Source: Rhina ancylostomus
Taxonomy: Eukaryota
Direction: 5' to 3'
Assembly: GCA_030265395.1 (NCBI GenBank)
Contig: JARFYF010000104.1
Coordinates: 70,276,261 to 70,340,260 of the forward strand
Length of the DNA: 64,000 nt
Part shown: in pieces, positions 37,573-52,354 of the stretch
Layout of the letters: the number at the start of each line of letters is the position of its first letter
Numbering within the stretch: position 1 is the first letter of the stretch
Translations under genes and position numbers: made by a program
The notes under the pieces: generated by a model
What the model was told of the DNA's origin: nothing
What the model saw: only the letters and a program-made list of their open reading frames with translations
The model's database searches: none

Positions 37573-39419
37573 CTGCAAAAAGATTAAACCAATAACATGT
37601 TTGGGGTGGAAATGTAAGTGTCCAATTTTCCTCTTTTGTTTAAACTGATTGCCCTGTCAAGAGTGAGCATCTTGTAGCTCCAAGGCCAGTTGCATCACTT
37701 GGACTGCATCTAATCCATTAAAACTTGCTGCAACATTTGTAATTACATTTTCCAAGACTCTCCTGCACTTTACCATTTTCTGAATCCTTGAAATTATCTT
37801 GCAAGCTTATCCCAGCATCTAACTGCTGCAGAGGTTCTTCATCTGAAGGGTTTCCTCAAAATGAGCCAGCAAATTAGGCTGAAATTTTAAAATATGTTTT
37901 ATTTAGTATAGAAAAATACCGCTATTTTCAGCCACTTTCCACCTATCCTGATGTCAGTGCCTTTATCTGTGAATAAAAAAAAACAATTTCCAGGTTTGAA
38001 CCTGGACTAAATTAGCTGGGTGCTACAATTGATCTGAGTCCCCCAAGGATGCGCAAAGAAAAATAAATGCAGTAAATGAACCTTCCTGGAAATTTATTTT
38101 GTGAATATCATTTCAATACAATTGCATTTCACTTGATTCCCCCATATTAAAAATTCAAAAAAATGCCGTTTCCAAATGTGCAAAGATTTATTTCTCCTTT
38201 AAGCAAGCCACAATAGTTTCCTCATGGGAAATACATGCATTTTTGCTTCTTAGCCACAGGTGGTGCAAGGTTGGTAAGGCAGTACTGGAAGCACAGAAAC
38301 ACGCAGCCACTGGTAAATACACATCAGTAACTAAAGATAGAGGCACTCCTACTACTAGTTGTCACTGGAGTGGTGACTGCAGAAAATGTACTTTGAGGAA
38401 TGCATTATGGAGTTATCGCATATTCCAACCTGTTTAGAAGACTACTTCCGCCACAGGCACACTACTGCCACTTTCGATACATGGCACAAATATCCCAGAA
38501 CGTAATGCTTCAGTAGTGATGTGCACAGGAGATTAAATGTGTGGGCTTTATACTTTCAGTGAAAAAGTGCATCCATAATCTTGCATTTTATACTTTTATT
38601 GGATGATTATTGGAAGGCCTTTGCCCCTCCTTACCTCCCTCACCCTTGCACATTTCCTTATGCTCCATGGCCATTCCATCTCCCTGACATGAAAAATACC
38701 AGCCAAACATATGGGTGAAAAACAACAATTAAGTCATGACAGGTCTGAGAAATCATAGGGTGTATCTACACAACCTTAGGAACTTCTTTCTTCAATGCCA
38801 TCACCAAAGGCAACAAAGGTAAAGAACTGCAACCTCTCATCCAACAGCTTGCTTGTGACTAAGTGCATCCCAGCACACAAATGAATGCTTTTAATTCTGA
38901 GTGCTGCCACGATGGCTCTATTTGTACTAATATATTTTTATCCAAAGCTGGATCCTCTACAGCCATCTTTCATACTTATCTAGATTTCCCACAAACTAAA
39001 TTGAGTAGTGGTAATAATGAAGTCACTAGCGTAAAAATTAAACTTCAGGCACCTGCATTGAACAGGTTTGCTGGGGGACCTGCAATAGTTGTGTTTAGGT
39101 CAGGGATAATAGGATATTTTCTTGGAAGAACATTAGATAACAATTTTGTTTAAATAGTTCCCTGATAGATTCCATGTTTATTTGTTCTGATGCCAGAAAG
39201 AAATATGGCAGTGTAGAGATTATATTGACTTTTCACTGATGAATTTAGATTACAGAGAAAGTATTACTTTATTTTGGTTAATGTCATCATTTTGTTTTAA
39301 AAGGTGGAAGGCTTTATTCCTTGAATGTACAGGTAGCTATCACTTGTTAAGGTATTCATCAAGACAGAACAACGAACATGAACAAAATAAGAATTAAGAA
39401 AAGTCACCTAACCAGAATT

Positions 39420-40045
39420 TTTAAAAATTTATTATCTGCAACTTGGGCAATATCAGTAAGGGCAGCATTTACTGCCAACTCCTAATTAACCTTGAGGAGG
39501 TGGTGGCGAGACACCTTCTTGAATTGCTGCAGTCCCTCCATTGAAGGTATTCCCATTGTGCTGTTGGATAAAAAATCCCAGTATTTAGATCCAGTGACAA
39601 TGAAGGTCCAGCGAAACACTTTCAGGTCGTGATGTAGTGTGACTTGGAAGGGAACTTGCAGACAATGTGCATTTCCATACATCTGAAGCTCTTGTCCATC
39701 TTGGTAGTGGAGGTCTCAAGTCTGGGAGGTGGTGTCAGAGTAGTCTAAGGGAGTAACTGCTGTGCCTTTTATAGATGGTACAGACTGAAGCCATAGTATA
39801 CTAATGGTGCTTGGAATAGATGTTTGGGATGATGTAGGGATCATCAGTTAATTGGACTGCTCTGTCCTGGAAGGGCTCGAACTTCTTCAGAGTTGTTGGA
39901 GCTGCAATCATCTGGGCAAATAGCAAGTCAATTGCCTAGGATTTGCAAATGGAATTGAACACTGCATACATCAGTGAACTTCCCTACTTCTCGCTTTGAT
40001 GGAAAAGAAGATCATTAATGAAGCAGCTGAAGATGATTGGATCTC
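39420..40045 (-). mobile_element. LINE 3' fragment (CR1/L2 group); related pieces at about 24660-24870 and 36245-36330
   Basis: ORF 39482-39682 (FIVTGSKYWDFLSNSTMGIPSMEGLQQFKK) resembles the W..LP...V......FK C-terminal motif of these LINEs. Confidence 0.65.
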
Positions 40046-40296
40046 ACCTAATGTAACCACAGTTATGCTACAAAAATAAAATATTCATTATACAAGGATA
40101 CACCATGTGGCAAAATTTGTTTTATATCATCTTACATACTTTGCTCACTTTAAGCTGCAAACCTCAGTTCTACAAGTGTTTTATCAAATATAACACTACT
40201 TTTAAAGATGTTAAATTATTCCCTATTCTGGAAACTGGGAAGGAAATAATTCTTGAGGCATTAACAAAATATATTAAAGGATGCACAAAGCTTTAC

Positions 40297-40416
40297 CTTG
40301 TTTGCCTGGTTTATGTCATAATTGGCAAGGGATCCAAGGAGATGTTGCAGACCAGGAACATTATCATCATTGATGGCATGGATAATTGCTTTCATCACAA
40401 AAGAATCCTCTTCATC
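40297..40416 (-). CDS. DAPK1: DAPK1 exon 12 (120 nt)
   Basis: ctgataag|GATGAA...AACAAG|gtaaag; DEEDSFVMKAIIHAINDDNVPGLQHLLGSLANYDINQANK. Confidence 0.95.
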
Positions 40417-41341
40417 CTTATCAGAAAGCGAGAAATAAAACTAATCACTCTTGGATGTCAACCATTCTTCTGAACATATGGGGGAGCAAGTAAGAATATT
40501 TATGCCATTTTCAAAAATAGAATAATTTATACATAGATACAATCCTCTGCCAATAATTCTGAATCATGGAAATCCAACATGTAATTACACTTTAAAAACA
40601 ATACAGTTTAAGTGAGGATGGCAGAACTGCATCTGCTTTAGCTGTATTAGGTCAAAATCCATGACCTCCACAGATTTATCAGCAGGTTAATCCACTGAGC
40701 AGTTAATCAGTACAGGTTTCAAAGATTCTAGGCTGAACCTGATCTGTTCTGTACTACCAAATATTATGCAGAGCAGCAGTTCGAAGGCAAGTTAGTTTGG
40801 ATAAATGAACCTGTATTTAACAATGGTCAAAGTCAGAAGCAGCTTTATTGGAGTATAATTAGATGAAAACTGGCATTGAGCCAAAGAGACTGGGTCAAAC
40901 GGAGTGTTTTCAGAACTGGAATACTATGCAACACTTCTCCACATAACCCAGTTGCTAGTCCGTAATTTGCACGTGAGCTCTCAGTGCAGATAAACTGTAA
41001 ATGTCATTGAAATCATCCTCCTGAATAATGGAAGATGAACAGCATTAAGGGAGTCAATATTGCAACAGGGATGCTCTTTCAAGGATAGGGAAGCAAAATG
41101 GATGAGGAATAGAAAATTAAAATAGAAAATTTGTTGTTCAAAGATTGTTTCCATCCCTTTTCACTGGAGGGTAGAGACTTGGGCTGTATGTTAAAGTGAA
41201 CCACGAGTGAGCCAGAGAGAAACAGGAAACTGACCCAGATTATAGCCAGCATACAAATACACACAATTCTTCCTAGTTCTCAGCATCACAAAAAGAAACA
41301 AAGCCCTCAGCTGCTGAATGGATTTTTGTTCAGGTACTTAC

Positions 41342-41434
41342 CAAAGTGTCCTCACTCCTAGCAACACTCATGTTGCTCCGAGAAAGGAATGATCTTGATA
41401 GCCGTTGGCACAGTGATATTAGCCTTACTGATTG
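41342..41434 (-). CDS. DAPK1: DAPK1 exon 11 (93 nt), CaM-binding region with Ser308-equivalent
   Basis: tttag|CAATCAGTA...ACTTTG|gtaagt; QSVRLISLCQRLSRSFLSRSNMSVARSEDTL. Confidence 0.95.
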
Positions 41435-42678
41435 CTAAAGGAACAACAATTTAACAAAATAACTTGGGTGGCTAAGTTTCAATTGAACACATTGAGAACT
41501 CTCACTTTACAAAAATAATTGAGCTCGCAATCACTAGCAATAGAACATGGAGTGAATTCCAAATAGTTGAAATGTCACAGACAGCTTTAAATTTGCAGGC
41601 CTTACTTTGGTCATGGAAATTAAAAGCATATCAGAAAGGAAAATTACACAATTGCATTAAGGATTCAATTGTCACTGAAGATGGGTCACTTTGTTCTACC
41701 ACATGTATGAAATACAAATGTGTTTGCATGTAAAATCGTATATTCATATTGATTTATGTTGATCACTTCTCGTGCCAGTTTTTATTAAACACCATTTGCA
41801 ATTACCTTTCATTTAGCAGGTTTATGCACTGAATTAGTAAGTGCAGTAAATGTTAACCAAGGTATGACATATTTTGTAACAACTGAGAGTAAACAACAGG
41901 GCAAGTCATAACATGAAAAGAAAATAATTTCCAAGAATTAAATATTCCAACTTCACAAAATATGATAATTTGCAGATAGAAGTAGTTAATTTTTCCATCC
42001 AGTTTATCCATCGGTATACAGAATAACACCCCATTGCACTACTATATGTTATAAATTAATCTCATTAAACGACACCTCACATTTTCTCTCATTTAAATTC
42101 CATAGTATTTGCTGTACTATTCATATTGACAATCAACTTCACGTTAATTAATCTCTTGCTGAAAAAATTTTCCCTGAACATTTAACTTGCTTTTGCTGAT
42201 CTTAATTTCAGACAGCGATTTCTTGTTTTTCAAATTAGCAGAGAAGAATTCATATTCTCAAAGGGCTATGCAAGGTTAAGTTTTACTATTAAATTATCCC
42301 TTCTACTTTCAAGGTAATAGAAATCCAAATGCCAAGCCTCAAGCTACGCTTAAAAAAAGTAATGATCTTAGACACACTTGGAGATATCCAGAAGACATTA
42401 AAGGTTCTACACAAACGTATTTGCTCTTTCTCTTATTAAACATATTGAATATTGTCTGAATTTTTAATTATGAAACAACTATTTTTGAAACAACTTTCCC
42501 CTCTTCCCCAAAAGTTTTCCAGCGTCAGATCATTCCTTGTACTTTTCTCTGCATGACTCAAAAAATAAACGGGCAAAATGCCCTGATCCAGATTCCTTTG
42601 GAAATTTATTTCCAATTCTAAATGAAGTGACCTAGCAAGCTTATGTAAATATTGAATATTAGTTAAAAATCCCCATAC

Positions 42679-42768
42679 CTTCCATTTCCTGCGAGCTGCA
42701 AACTTTTTGAACTTCTCCATATTTACAGCAGATGCTTTTCTGCTGAGAGCCTGCTGACTGTCTTTTGG
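42679..42768 (-). CDS. DAPK1: DAPK1 exon 10 (90 nt), autoregulatory segment
   Basis: ttcag|CCAAAA...TGGAAG|gtatgg; PKDSQQALSRKASAVNMEKFKKFAARRKWK. Confidence 0.95.
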
Positions 42769-43771
42769 CTGAAATATCATATAAATAAAAATTAATTACA
42801 TCTTAGCTTTTTTGACTTGGAAATAAATACAAATAATGTAACTCCTGCATTACAGTATCATAGACCTGGGTAGTCACTGAATCATCTTTCCCTCTGTCAA
42901 TAAAGCAAAGCTGTCAGATCTTGTAGACTGTTGTATAATCCACAGAAGAATTGCATTGATGGTAATTGAGCATGAGGTGCAGGAAGAAACATGCATGTTT
43001 CCCTTATTTTATCTGAGGTTGCTAGGAAGGCTCAAGACCTGATGAGAGTCAAGATACTTAACTCAAAAACTTACTGCAGCATGCATCTGCCTGAACAGAA
43101 TATGGCTAAAAATATCAACATTCAATTTGAGTTTTTTGGAAATCCTGGCCCAATAGTACTGTTTCTTTATAATTTATCTGCATACATATATAAATTTTAA
43201 TTTCTATTAACATTGTGATCTTGCTTTGAANNNNNNNNNNATATTACAAATATGCAACGGATGCTGTGCAATTATTACTTTGGATGGACAATGCTTCCAG
43301 TGCAACAGTAAGGCCAACACTAGGAAGCAAGTCACATTCTAACACTTATTTCTCAAGGATGCTGGAACATTCTTTAGAAATGTTCCACCAAACTTAGTTA
43401 GTTATCTTCCCAGCTTACTCACTTGAGCATGATAGAATAAATAATTTTGTCAGATAAATCACAGGGTAGGTGGTAAAGATGCATTTAATCCTCCAAATTT
43501 TAATTTTTGAAGTAATTCTAGGGGAGTTCTAATATACAAAAGATAATCACACAACAGATCAGTTCCACTGGAAAAATAACTAATTCCAAATTTAAAATTA
43601 CTTTTTCTTTTAAAGGAGAATTATAATGGTTTTATTTAGAAAACAGATGATTGCCAATCATTTTCTTTAAACTTAGGCACCATAATGTATTGGAAAAATG
43701 TATTTAAGATGGGTTACATATTTTCTCCTTTTGCGTTAAGCCAAAGTTTTAAATACTTATAAAAAGCACAC

Positions 43772-43817
43772 CTTGATCCATGGGTGCTGCAAGCTATCTT
43801 GAATTGTCATTCTTTTC
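43772..43817 (-). CDS. DAPK1: DAPK1 exon 9 (46 nt)
   Basis: aacag|GAAAAGAATG...ATCAAG|gtgtgc; KRMTIQDSLQHPWIK. Confidence 0.94.
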
Positions 43818-44875
43818 CTGTTAAAGACAAAGGTAGAATGCAGAACTGTTGAAGATACCACAACAATCTTATGAAAACAGAATCCTGTCACACAAACAAA
43901 TCTTCCAACTCAATCTTATTCCAGATTGCCATGGGATATTTCAGTTTTCTATCAAAAACAGTACTTCACATGTCATAATGCATAAAAGTGATCCTTGAAA
44001 AGGGCACTTAAAAGAAAAAAAGTGTGTGGTGTGTGTTCAAGTATGGAAACAATTTTTTTAAATTCTTCCTTTCACCTGTTTTAGTTCATCCTTTCTGTAG
44101 CTAGTGAGGTAGTGAGGATGGAAACAGATTTTCATGCCACAGCTTGGTCCTGAGTGCTAAACATCACTTCTGAGGTCAGCCCTCTTGTGATCACAAATAA
44201 GCTCAGAGCAGCTAGAGTTACCTTGGTGATCTTTGACACAGTTGAACAAAGGTTGTAGTTTGGCAAAGTTATCATACAAGTGAAAGCTTTGTGAAATCTT
44301 TTACTTTTAAAAAAATTACGTTGCATGTTTCTAATACTGTAATATCAATCATTGTGTAACATGGGGAGAATTGGTCTTCACTGAATAATATTAACAAGCA
44401 AATCTGTATTGGGCATAGAATGTTAACCTGACTTGCTTTTGCAAGCAAAAGAATTTTAACCTATGATGCCCATTTGACAACTATAATTTCTTCACTGACA
44501 CAAAAAAAATGGGTAATGATTTCACAATTATTTCCTGTTGATTTCATTAAGTAATAAGGGAAAAACTGGAGGATGAACTATCCTTGTTTTTCAATGACAA
44601 ACAGACTTGGGTATCAGTATGTCAGCTGGCTGGCCAAAGGAATATCAAAACTGGATTTCTTACCAAACCACACACTGAACTGCTATCAGAAGCAGAAACT
44701 AGGAGAGATATTTCCCCCTCAAACTCAGAGACAGGGAAGAGAGTTTCAGACCCAACTGAGATCAACTTTCAGATCTTTTGTGCCCAAAATGGCACAGAAC
44801 CATCACACACTATAAAATTAACATTTTCAATGTTCGTACATCATTAACATGCATCTAATATTAAAAGTTCACTTA

Positions 44876-45088
<213 letters not shown>

Positions 45089-46106
45089 TCAGAACAACAT
45101 CATGTATGTGATATAGCTGTTAAAAATAGTACACTCCATGGTTATCTACCCTTTCTTAAAACAAATACTGCAAAGGATTGAGCCTAATACCAACAAAACT
45201 ACAAAGAGGAATTCCTCCTGCATCAATTTGACTAGGTATAACCACATCCCAATGGAAACAACCAAATTGTCAGCAAAAGTAGCCTCCTCTGCTAATAGGA
45301 TTAATTTTAGACTCCTTGTGTTTTTGAAACTTTTTTTGACAATTCCTGCATAAAGCTTTTAATTAAACTAATTCAATTTTATCTTGCACTTCCCTAACTT
45401 TCATAATAATTCAAACACAGCACAATCCACATTGCAATGCCATTCATATTTTATTCCATATTTAATGTTTTTCTTAATATGCCTTCACTTAAAAGCAAAA
45501 AGATCTTTGAGTTCCTTCTAGTTACTCAAAATTCAAAATAAAATGTGGAGTTATGCAGTTCTGCTTAATAAGTGAAACCTGTGACCTCCCTAAAATGAAA
45601 CACCCAGCTACTCTTGGACTTGAATATCTGGTCAATCAAGGGTAAGTTCACTACACTATACACACCTTGTGCTTTGAAATTATTTTAATAGTTACCTAAA
45701 ATGGAATGTCTTCTTACCCAATACAAATTTTGGTGTATTTAATGTTTATTTTTAAGTTATTTCTTTGACTAGAATTGTTCACCTCAGTTGCCTCACCATC
45801 CATTTCTCCCTCCCTCCCCCCCTCAAATAGTAAAGGAAAACCATACCACACAAAGAAGGATAATTTGTAAGGGGATACTCATAATTTAAATGAAAGAAAA
45901 GCTGAATAATTATCTGTGCTCCATTGCTACAGATCTCTACTGCTTAGCACAACTTTAAAAGGAATTATAATTGTTTTAAGATTTTATTATACTTGGGACA
46001 ATCCCGTTGACTTAGGCCTCTAAGCAACTATATACGAGAAAGACAGTCTCAGTGACCCAAATGCAATTTGGATTGTCTCTTTACAAATTTCAATTCAAAT
46101 TACACA

Positions 46107-46541
46107 NNNNNNNNNNNNNNNNNNNNNNNNNNNNNNNNNNNNNNNNNNNNNNNNNNNNNNNNNNNNNNNNNNNNNNNNNNNNNNNNNNNNNNNNNNNNNN
46201 NNNNNNNNNNNNNNNNNNNNNNNNNNNNNNNNNNNNNNNNNNNNNNNNNNNNNNNNNNNNNNNNNNNNNNNNNNNNNNNNNNNNNNNNNNNNNNNNNNNN
46301 NNNNNNNNNNNNNNNNNNNNNNNNNNNNNNNNNNNNNNNNNNNNNNNNNNNNNNNNNNNNNNNNNNNNNNNNNNNNNNNNNNNNNNNNNNNNNNNNNNNN
46401 NNNNNNNNNNNNNNNNNNNNNNNNNNNNNNNNNNNNNNNNNNNNNNNNNNNNNNNNNNNNNNNNNNNNNNNNNNNNNNNNNNNNNNNNNNNNNNNNNNNN
46501 NNNNNNNNNNNNNNNNNNNNNNNNNNNNNNNNNNNNNNNNN
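46107..46541. other. Assembly gap (435 N), the likely location of DAPK1 exons 6 and 7
   Basis: Largest gap between exons 5 and 8; no APEIVNYEPLGLEADMW or SIGVITYIL coding sequence found elsewhere in 45063-49483. Confidence 0.7.
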
Positions 46542-49439
46542 TGATGTTTCCCATTCTTAAAACATTTTTGCTGCTGCTACTACTCCCCATTTCTTCTTTT
46601 GGCTGATAATCCTACTTCAAATCAGTGACCTCTCTTCCTTACCATCCTAATTCAAGAACAATTGGAATTTACTTTGATACAGCACTTTTCACAGCTGCTT
46701 CAAATTCAGGGGGTCTTTAAGTATTATTTCAGTGCAGGTGCTATGATTGTTCCACCATTACTTCTTACTTCATGCTCACTGATTTCTATTTGTTAAGTTC
46801 TGCATCTTTTCAGTTTGGAGTTCATTTTGCCTGAAACAAACTGTGTTAAAATTAATGACCTTTTACAGAAGGTGTTCCGAACACGCAGGGAGATTTGACA
46901 CCAACTATAAAGCCGCTAATTTCCCATTTGGATCTAGGTCATTTAAACCATTTGATTTTGCATGTTTAAAAAATGTTTGAATCTAATCTAGGATTAATCA
47001 ATCAAAACAGAGAATCCTGGAACTACTTAAGAAATCTGGCAGTACCTGTGGAAAGATTCAACAGTCTTCAATAAAACTGGGTCAGAACTCATCAGAACTC
47101 TTGCCCAGTTTTCATGAAGGGTCTAGGTCCTGGAGCTTGACTTCATTTCACTTTCTATGGAAGCTGCCCAAGTGTTTCCTGCATTTTCTGTTTTTAATTC
47201 AGATTTCCAACATCTACAGTTTTGTTTTTGATTTTCATGTACATCAATTAAATACAGGTGTAATTATTCCTGAAAAGGCCTTTGGAAATCTAATATGCTA
47301 CTGTGAAAAAGAAATCAAGTTTTAAAAATGAGCCTGGAAGAAAGATTTACCTCTTTCCAAACTTTTTTTTACTTCTTAAGATTTTGGCACACTTTGACAT
47401 TATATTTAAAATGTAGGAACAGTTCATTTATGAGCTTCCTTCCACCCTTCTCCATCTAACCTTATTAACACATCCTTCAGTTCAATTCCCCTCTTGTTTA
47501 TCTGGTTTCTCTTGAAATGTATCAACAGGGTATCTTAACATTTCCTTGTGGTATCAAGCTCTACATTCTTTGGATAAAGAAATTACCACCAAATTCCCCA
47601 ATGTATATAATAGTGAATGTCATACTTACAGAATCTAATTCTGGTCATACCTACAAGTACAACCAGTTCTTAATCTTAAAAATTTGCATCAGATCATCTC
47701 CCATAGTTTTATTTTCTAGAGGAATCTTTCCTGCTAGGTCCCTCAGTTCTGGTATCATTCAAGTTGATGTTTCTCTGCACCTTCTCCAGTGCCTCACGAT
47801 CATTTCATAACATACAGACCAAAACTGTTTAAAGTATCCCAACTTTGGGCTTAGATTAAAGTTTGATACAACTTCTCTGCTTTTCAGTGTCATCCCCGAG
47901 TATTAACTCCTGAACTTAGCTGGCTTTTTCCATTCCTTCATTTATCTGTGGCACCTCTTTTTGGAGATATAAATGTACATATAATTAATACTTCTCCCCA
48001 GCCTGTTTAAACACCTCTATGTTTAAACTTAGAAACCATAGGTTTCCTAAGTTTTTCTGCCAAGATATCCTTTTTGATATGTTGCATTAACAGACTGCGG
48101 TCAAGCCACTCAACTGTCTTGCTGATTGGTTGCCCATTATGGATAAGATCTATACAGCAAGTTTTAGCAAGACAGTCAACCACAGAAAAATCCTGCCCTC
48201 ATTCATTGTTTTTTCTGTCCTGTGCCCTATCCTAGATCAGGCACATGGAGGGTTAATGCAACACCACCTTCAATATCACCTATGCAATTAGTTAACATGA
48301 CACAAATCAAGGATCAAGACTGGACTTTGCTAAACCACTTCTACATGGTGTATTAAATCTTTCAAACAAGTTATTAGAAAAGCCCTTTATATACTTTTTT
48401 TTCTGAAATGTCAATATGCCTTAATGGAAATATATAGATAGTAAAAGCATAAAAAGTGGAAATATTGAACGTTAAACTCTTGAAGATNNNNNNNNNNTTG
48501 AAGATTTAAGACTTTACAAACCGTCTAGCTTAATTTGGTTGCTTTTTAATTTGTGTGTTAGCTGCAAGTTAAGCTGCAAACTGTATCTTAGACTAATCAC
48601 AGCCTAGAATCAAACAACTGGGAAAAGAGAGACTATAAAACATCATTGCTCCTTTTGTTATTTTACTCCTACTGATGAAATCTCAATAATCTTTTCCTGT
48701 TGTTTCCCTTTTCAAATGCCAATGACATTGGATACAAAATGGCAAAAGGATCTCAGGCCTCTATCAGCAAGGGAATCAACTCTAGGGTTACATCATTTTG
48801 CCATTTTAATATACTATGGGATGAGAAAATGGGAAGAAACACAAGTTCATGTTATTTCTGAATAAGAATGCAGCAAGCTTGAAGGAGGCACTAGAAAGCA
48901 GGATGCAAAAGAGTGGTCAGGTGCTCTGTGACAATTAACCTTCCAGTAGAATGCACAAGGACAAATTCATAATAACAAATTGTGCAACCTTGCAGTCCAG
49001 AGCTGGTGGATAAATTCCACTGTATGTCTGAGTGATTGATATTGAAGGGATCCAGTCCTGAATATGCATTCTAGGCAGAAGTTAGGAAGGGCAGAACCCC
49101 AGACCTTTAAAACTTGAGGTCTAGTGCAACTTTCACTACCAGATGCGAAACAGGTGCAACCCTAATGGCTCCCCTAGTCTATTTATAATTGTTAGTTTTG
49201 TTAACACCCTAATTCAATGAACTGCTATTTTGTTCCTCAGCATCATATGCATCCTTAGTAATTGGGATGTCTTCAGCATGCACGCAGTTGTACCATCAAT
49301 CCACTGCTGCATACAGCCCACCTGCCCATTCCCACCTACTATAAACAGAACATGGCATAACTATATAACTTCACAAACTACATATCTCTCAAAGAATTGA
49401 AAAAGAAATTTCATCACTCAGTGAACAAAGAAAAGGTCA

Positions 49440-49697
<258 letters not shown>

Positions 49698-52354
49698 TTA
49701 AAATAATGCACTGTGAAAATTTGCTATTTTAGATAAAAAATAACTTCAAAAAATAACAGTATACTTAAATGTGAACAGAAAGGTTCAGTTAATTGCTTTA
49801 TATTACAGTTCTCTGATGTTCTAAGGTTGCTTGTCTATTGGTACAAGGTACAATTTGTACATCTCTCAAAGATTGCTGTTATATTTGTTCAGTTATAAAA
49901 TCTGAGTGATTACCATATATAAAGCATGCTTAGCAATTTAGCCTTGCTGATAGTTACTTTGGCTTCACCTACATTGAAGACAACAACTACAGCAAGGACA
50001 TGGATCCAGTGAATGAGAAGTAGCTCTACATTACCTCACCAAAACCACTGTGCATGAAAAAAATGTTAATTTATGTATCATCCCAAGATTTCACTGTGCC
50101 TAAGTAATGTCGAAATGAATTCTCAATCAGCATCTAAATAATGCACTACAGCATTACTGGGATAGCAAGAGACAGAACTTTGGCCTTTCCTCATCCTTCT
50201 CAACTCAGAAATGTCAAACCAAACTGTGAATGAAACCTAACTGAACACAGAGTGAATACGAATCCCCCAAGTATTGTTTAACTCTGGTACAATACTCAGC
50301 AATACACTTTTACTTAACACTGGAGGATTAAACAACCTGATGAAATACAACCACCTGGCAAACCCATGTTATCCCCTCAAATTTTTACTTATCAAATGGA
50401 AACACTGGAATAGGAAACGTCTTGACAAGTGCAATCAAAAAGTGCATCCCTGTTACTGTGTATTTTGTTTGTTATCTTCAGCACTGTATTTCTTTCTTAT
50501 CGGTCTTTTTCGATTGAACTTAATTTTGTGATATTCCATTTAATATATTTATGTGATAGATCAAATATTACATTTACAGTAAAATATTACAGTTTTCTGG
50601 ATATCAGAAACAGAACTGGCTGCAATGAGGATCCATTTATTCCCTGAAACAGGCTTGTTTGTTTAAAAAAATTCAAAAGCATCAACGATTTACCATTATT
50701 TTAAAAGGAACTATAAACTTATTGCTTTTGCTTTGCTGCACTGTTTACATAAAACTTCTCAACTTTTCAGGAAAGCAGATGTCAGATGGTAACATAGTTA
50801 CCAAATAAGCTATGGTTCTCAGCTGGTTAAACTGACTACTTCTACCCCTAAACAATTTGTATGGTACAAATAAAGCAGAAGTCATAAAACACCTTTTGCA
50901 ATCCCTAGGTATTTAATGTCAGGACTCATCATCTGACTATTGGAAAAACAAATATTTCCAGCACTACAGTTCCCTATTGATTTAGGTGATTTGGCTGTAG
51001 TTCAGAATACACAAGCAGATCTATGCAATATCTTTTTACACACACGAGTCTTCCAATGCATGTGCATTATTCCTCATTAATCTAACTGTAAAAATACAAT
51101 GATATCCATTGCTCAATCAACTGCCTTTATATTCTTGCACCCATGACATTTTGGCTTTGAGCTTGCATTTTTCATATTAGCAAAATTATTGCAAACTGGC
51201 AGGTATTCCCAAACATAAATATTATACCTAACTGAACAAATATAAAATATACCTTGAAAACATGACAAGTCAGATTGTTGTACTTTTCACTTTTGTTCAA
51301 ACCACAATTCAATTTAAATCACAATTTGTTTGTACATAAAATAAAAATTGAATAAAATTTAAAACACATTATCCAACTTCCCATTTCTTTGCACATGTTG
51401 AAATGGCTGTTAGACCTTACGTTTCATAGGCCGACCTGCAGTGGCAGTTTCAGGTGGAAATAAAAGACCAGCATCAAGAATCAAACTGAAGGTGGACACT
51501 GGGTTGAACCAATGGGTCCATAAATAGTGGAAAGGGGATTAACTTTAAAAAAATGAAATTTTAACCTTTGTGGGGACATCTTTCTTAAATAGAGTCCAAG
51601 AGTTGTGGAAGACCAGGCCACATTTACACCACTGTGCTTTTGCAGGTATCAAACCCGAATGTGATTCACTCAATTCAAAAATCCCCATTTAGATTAATAC
51701 AACATTCAACTGTATGAAAGTAGAGTGAGGAAGGTAATGCATACTGAACTGCACTACTAATACAGTGGATTTGGTGGAACTATCACCTTCTGGGAGTGAG
51801 ATTTGGCTCAGAAATGAAGTTGAGGGAAGAGTAGTTCGTCTATTTATTTAGAGAATAATGGAATAAGTAAATCAAAATAATCAATGAAAAGAACTACAAG
51901 GACAGGAACTCCAGAAACACAGAAAAGTATGATGCAGAAGTAGCACATTGCAAGAATGCCTGTCCTTGTAGGACATATTCCTGGAGGTGTGAACACATAA
52001 CTACCTCATAAGGAATTTGTCCATAGTTTGCAAATCTTAAATTTTGGAGTAGGCCATTCTGTCATTCAAGTCTGTTTGTTCTGCCCTTCAATTACATCAG
52101 AGCTGATCTGTATCTCAACTCCATCTACCTGACAACCTTATTTAACATTATATAAATTATTGTTCTGAAAATTTTACTGAATTCCAGAGTCAGTTTTTGG
52201 AAAAAGATTTGTATGGTGAATCTAAACCCACTAAATACTGTCAAAACTGCTGCAAGTTTATGTTGTGTTGATGGTTCACAGTCAACAGAGATGCAACTTC
52301 CATCCCATTAGTATGGAATGAGTGTAGCATTCTCAGCCAAGATGTCTGTTATAC

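Noticed and set aside
45855-45885. Minus-strand GAGTATCCCCTTACAAATTATCCT (S-I-P-L-Q-I-I-L) as a candidate exon 7
   Set aside because: No AG acceptor or GT donor, and a poor match to SIGVITYIL.
47621-47660. Strong minus-strand donor ATTCT|GTAAGT as a candidate end of exon 7
   Set aside because: The upstream 27 nt contain an in-frame TAG, do not encode SIGVITY and lie within a CR1 remnant.
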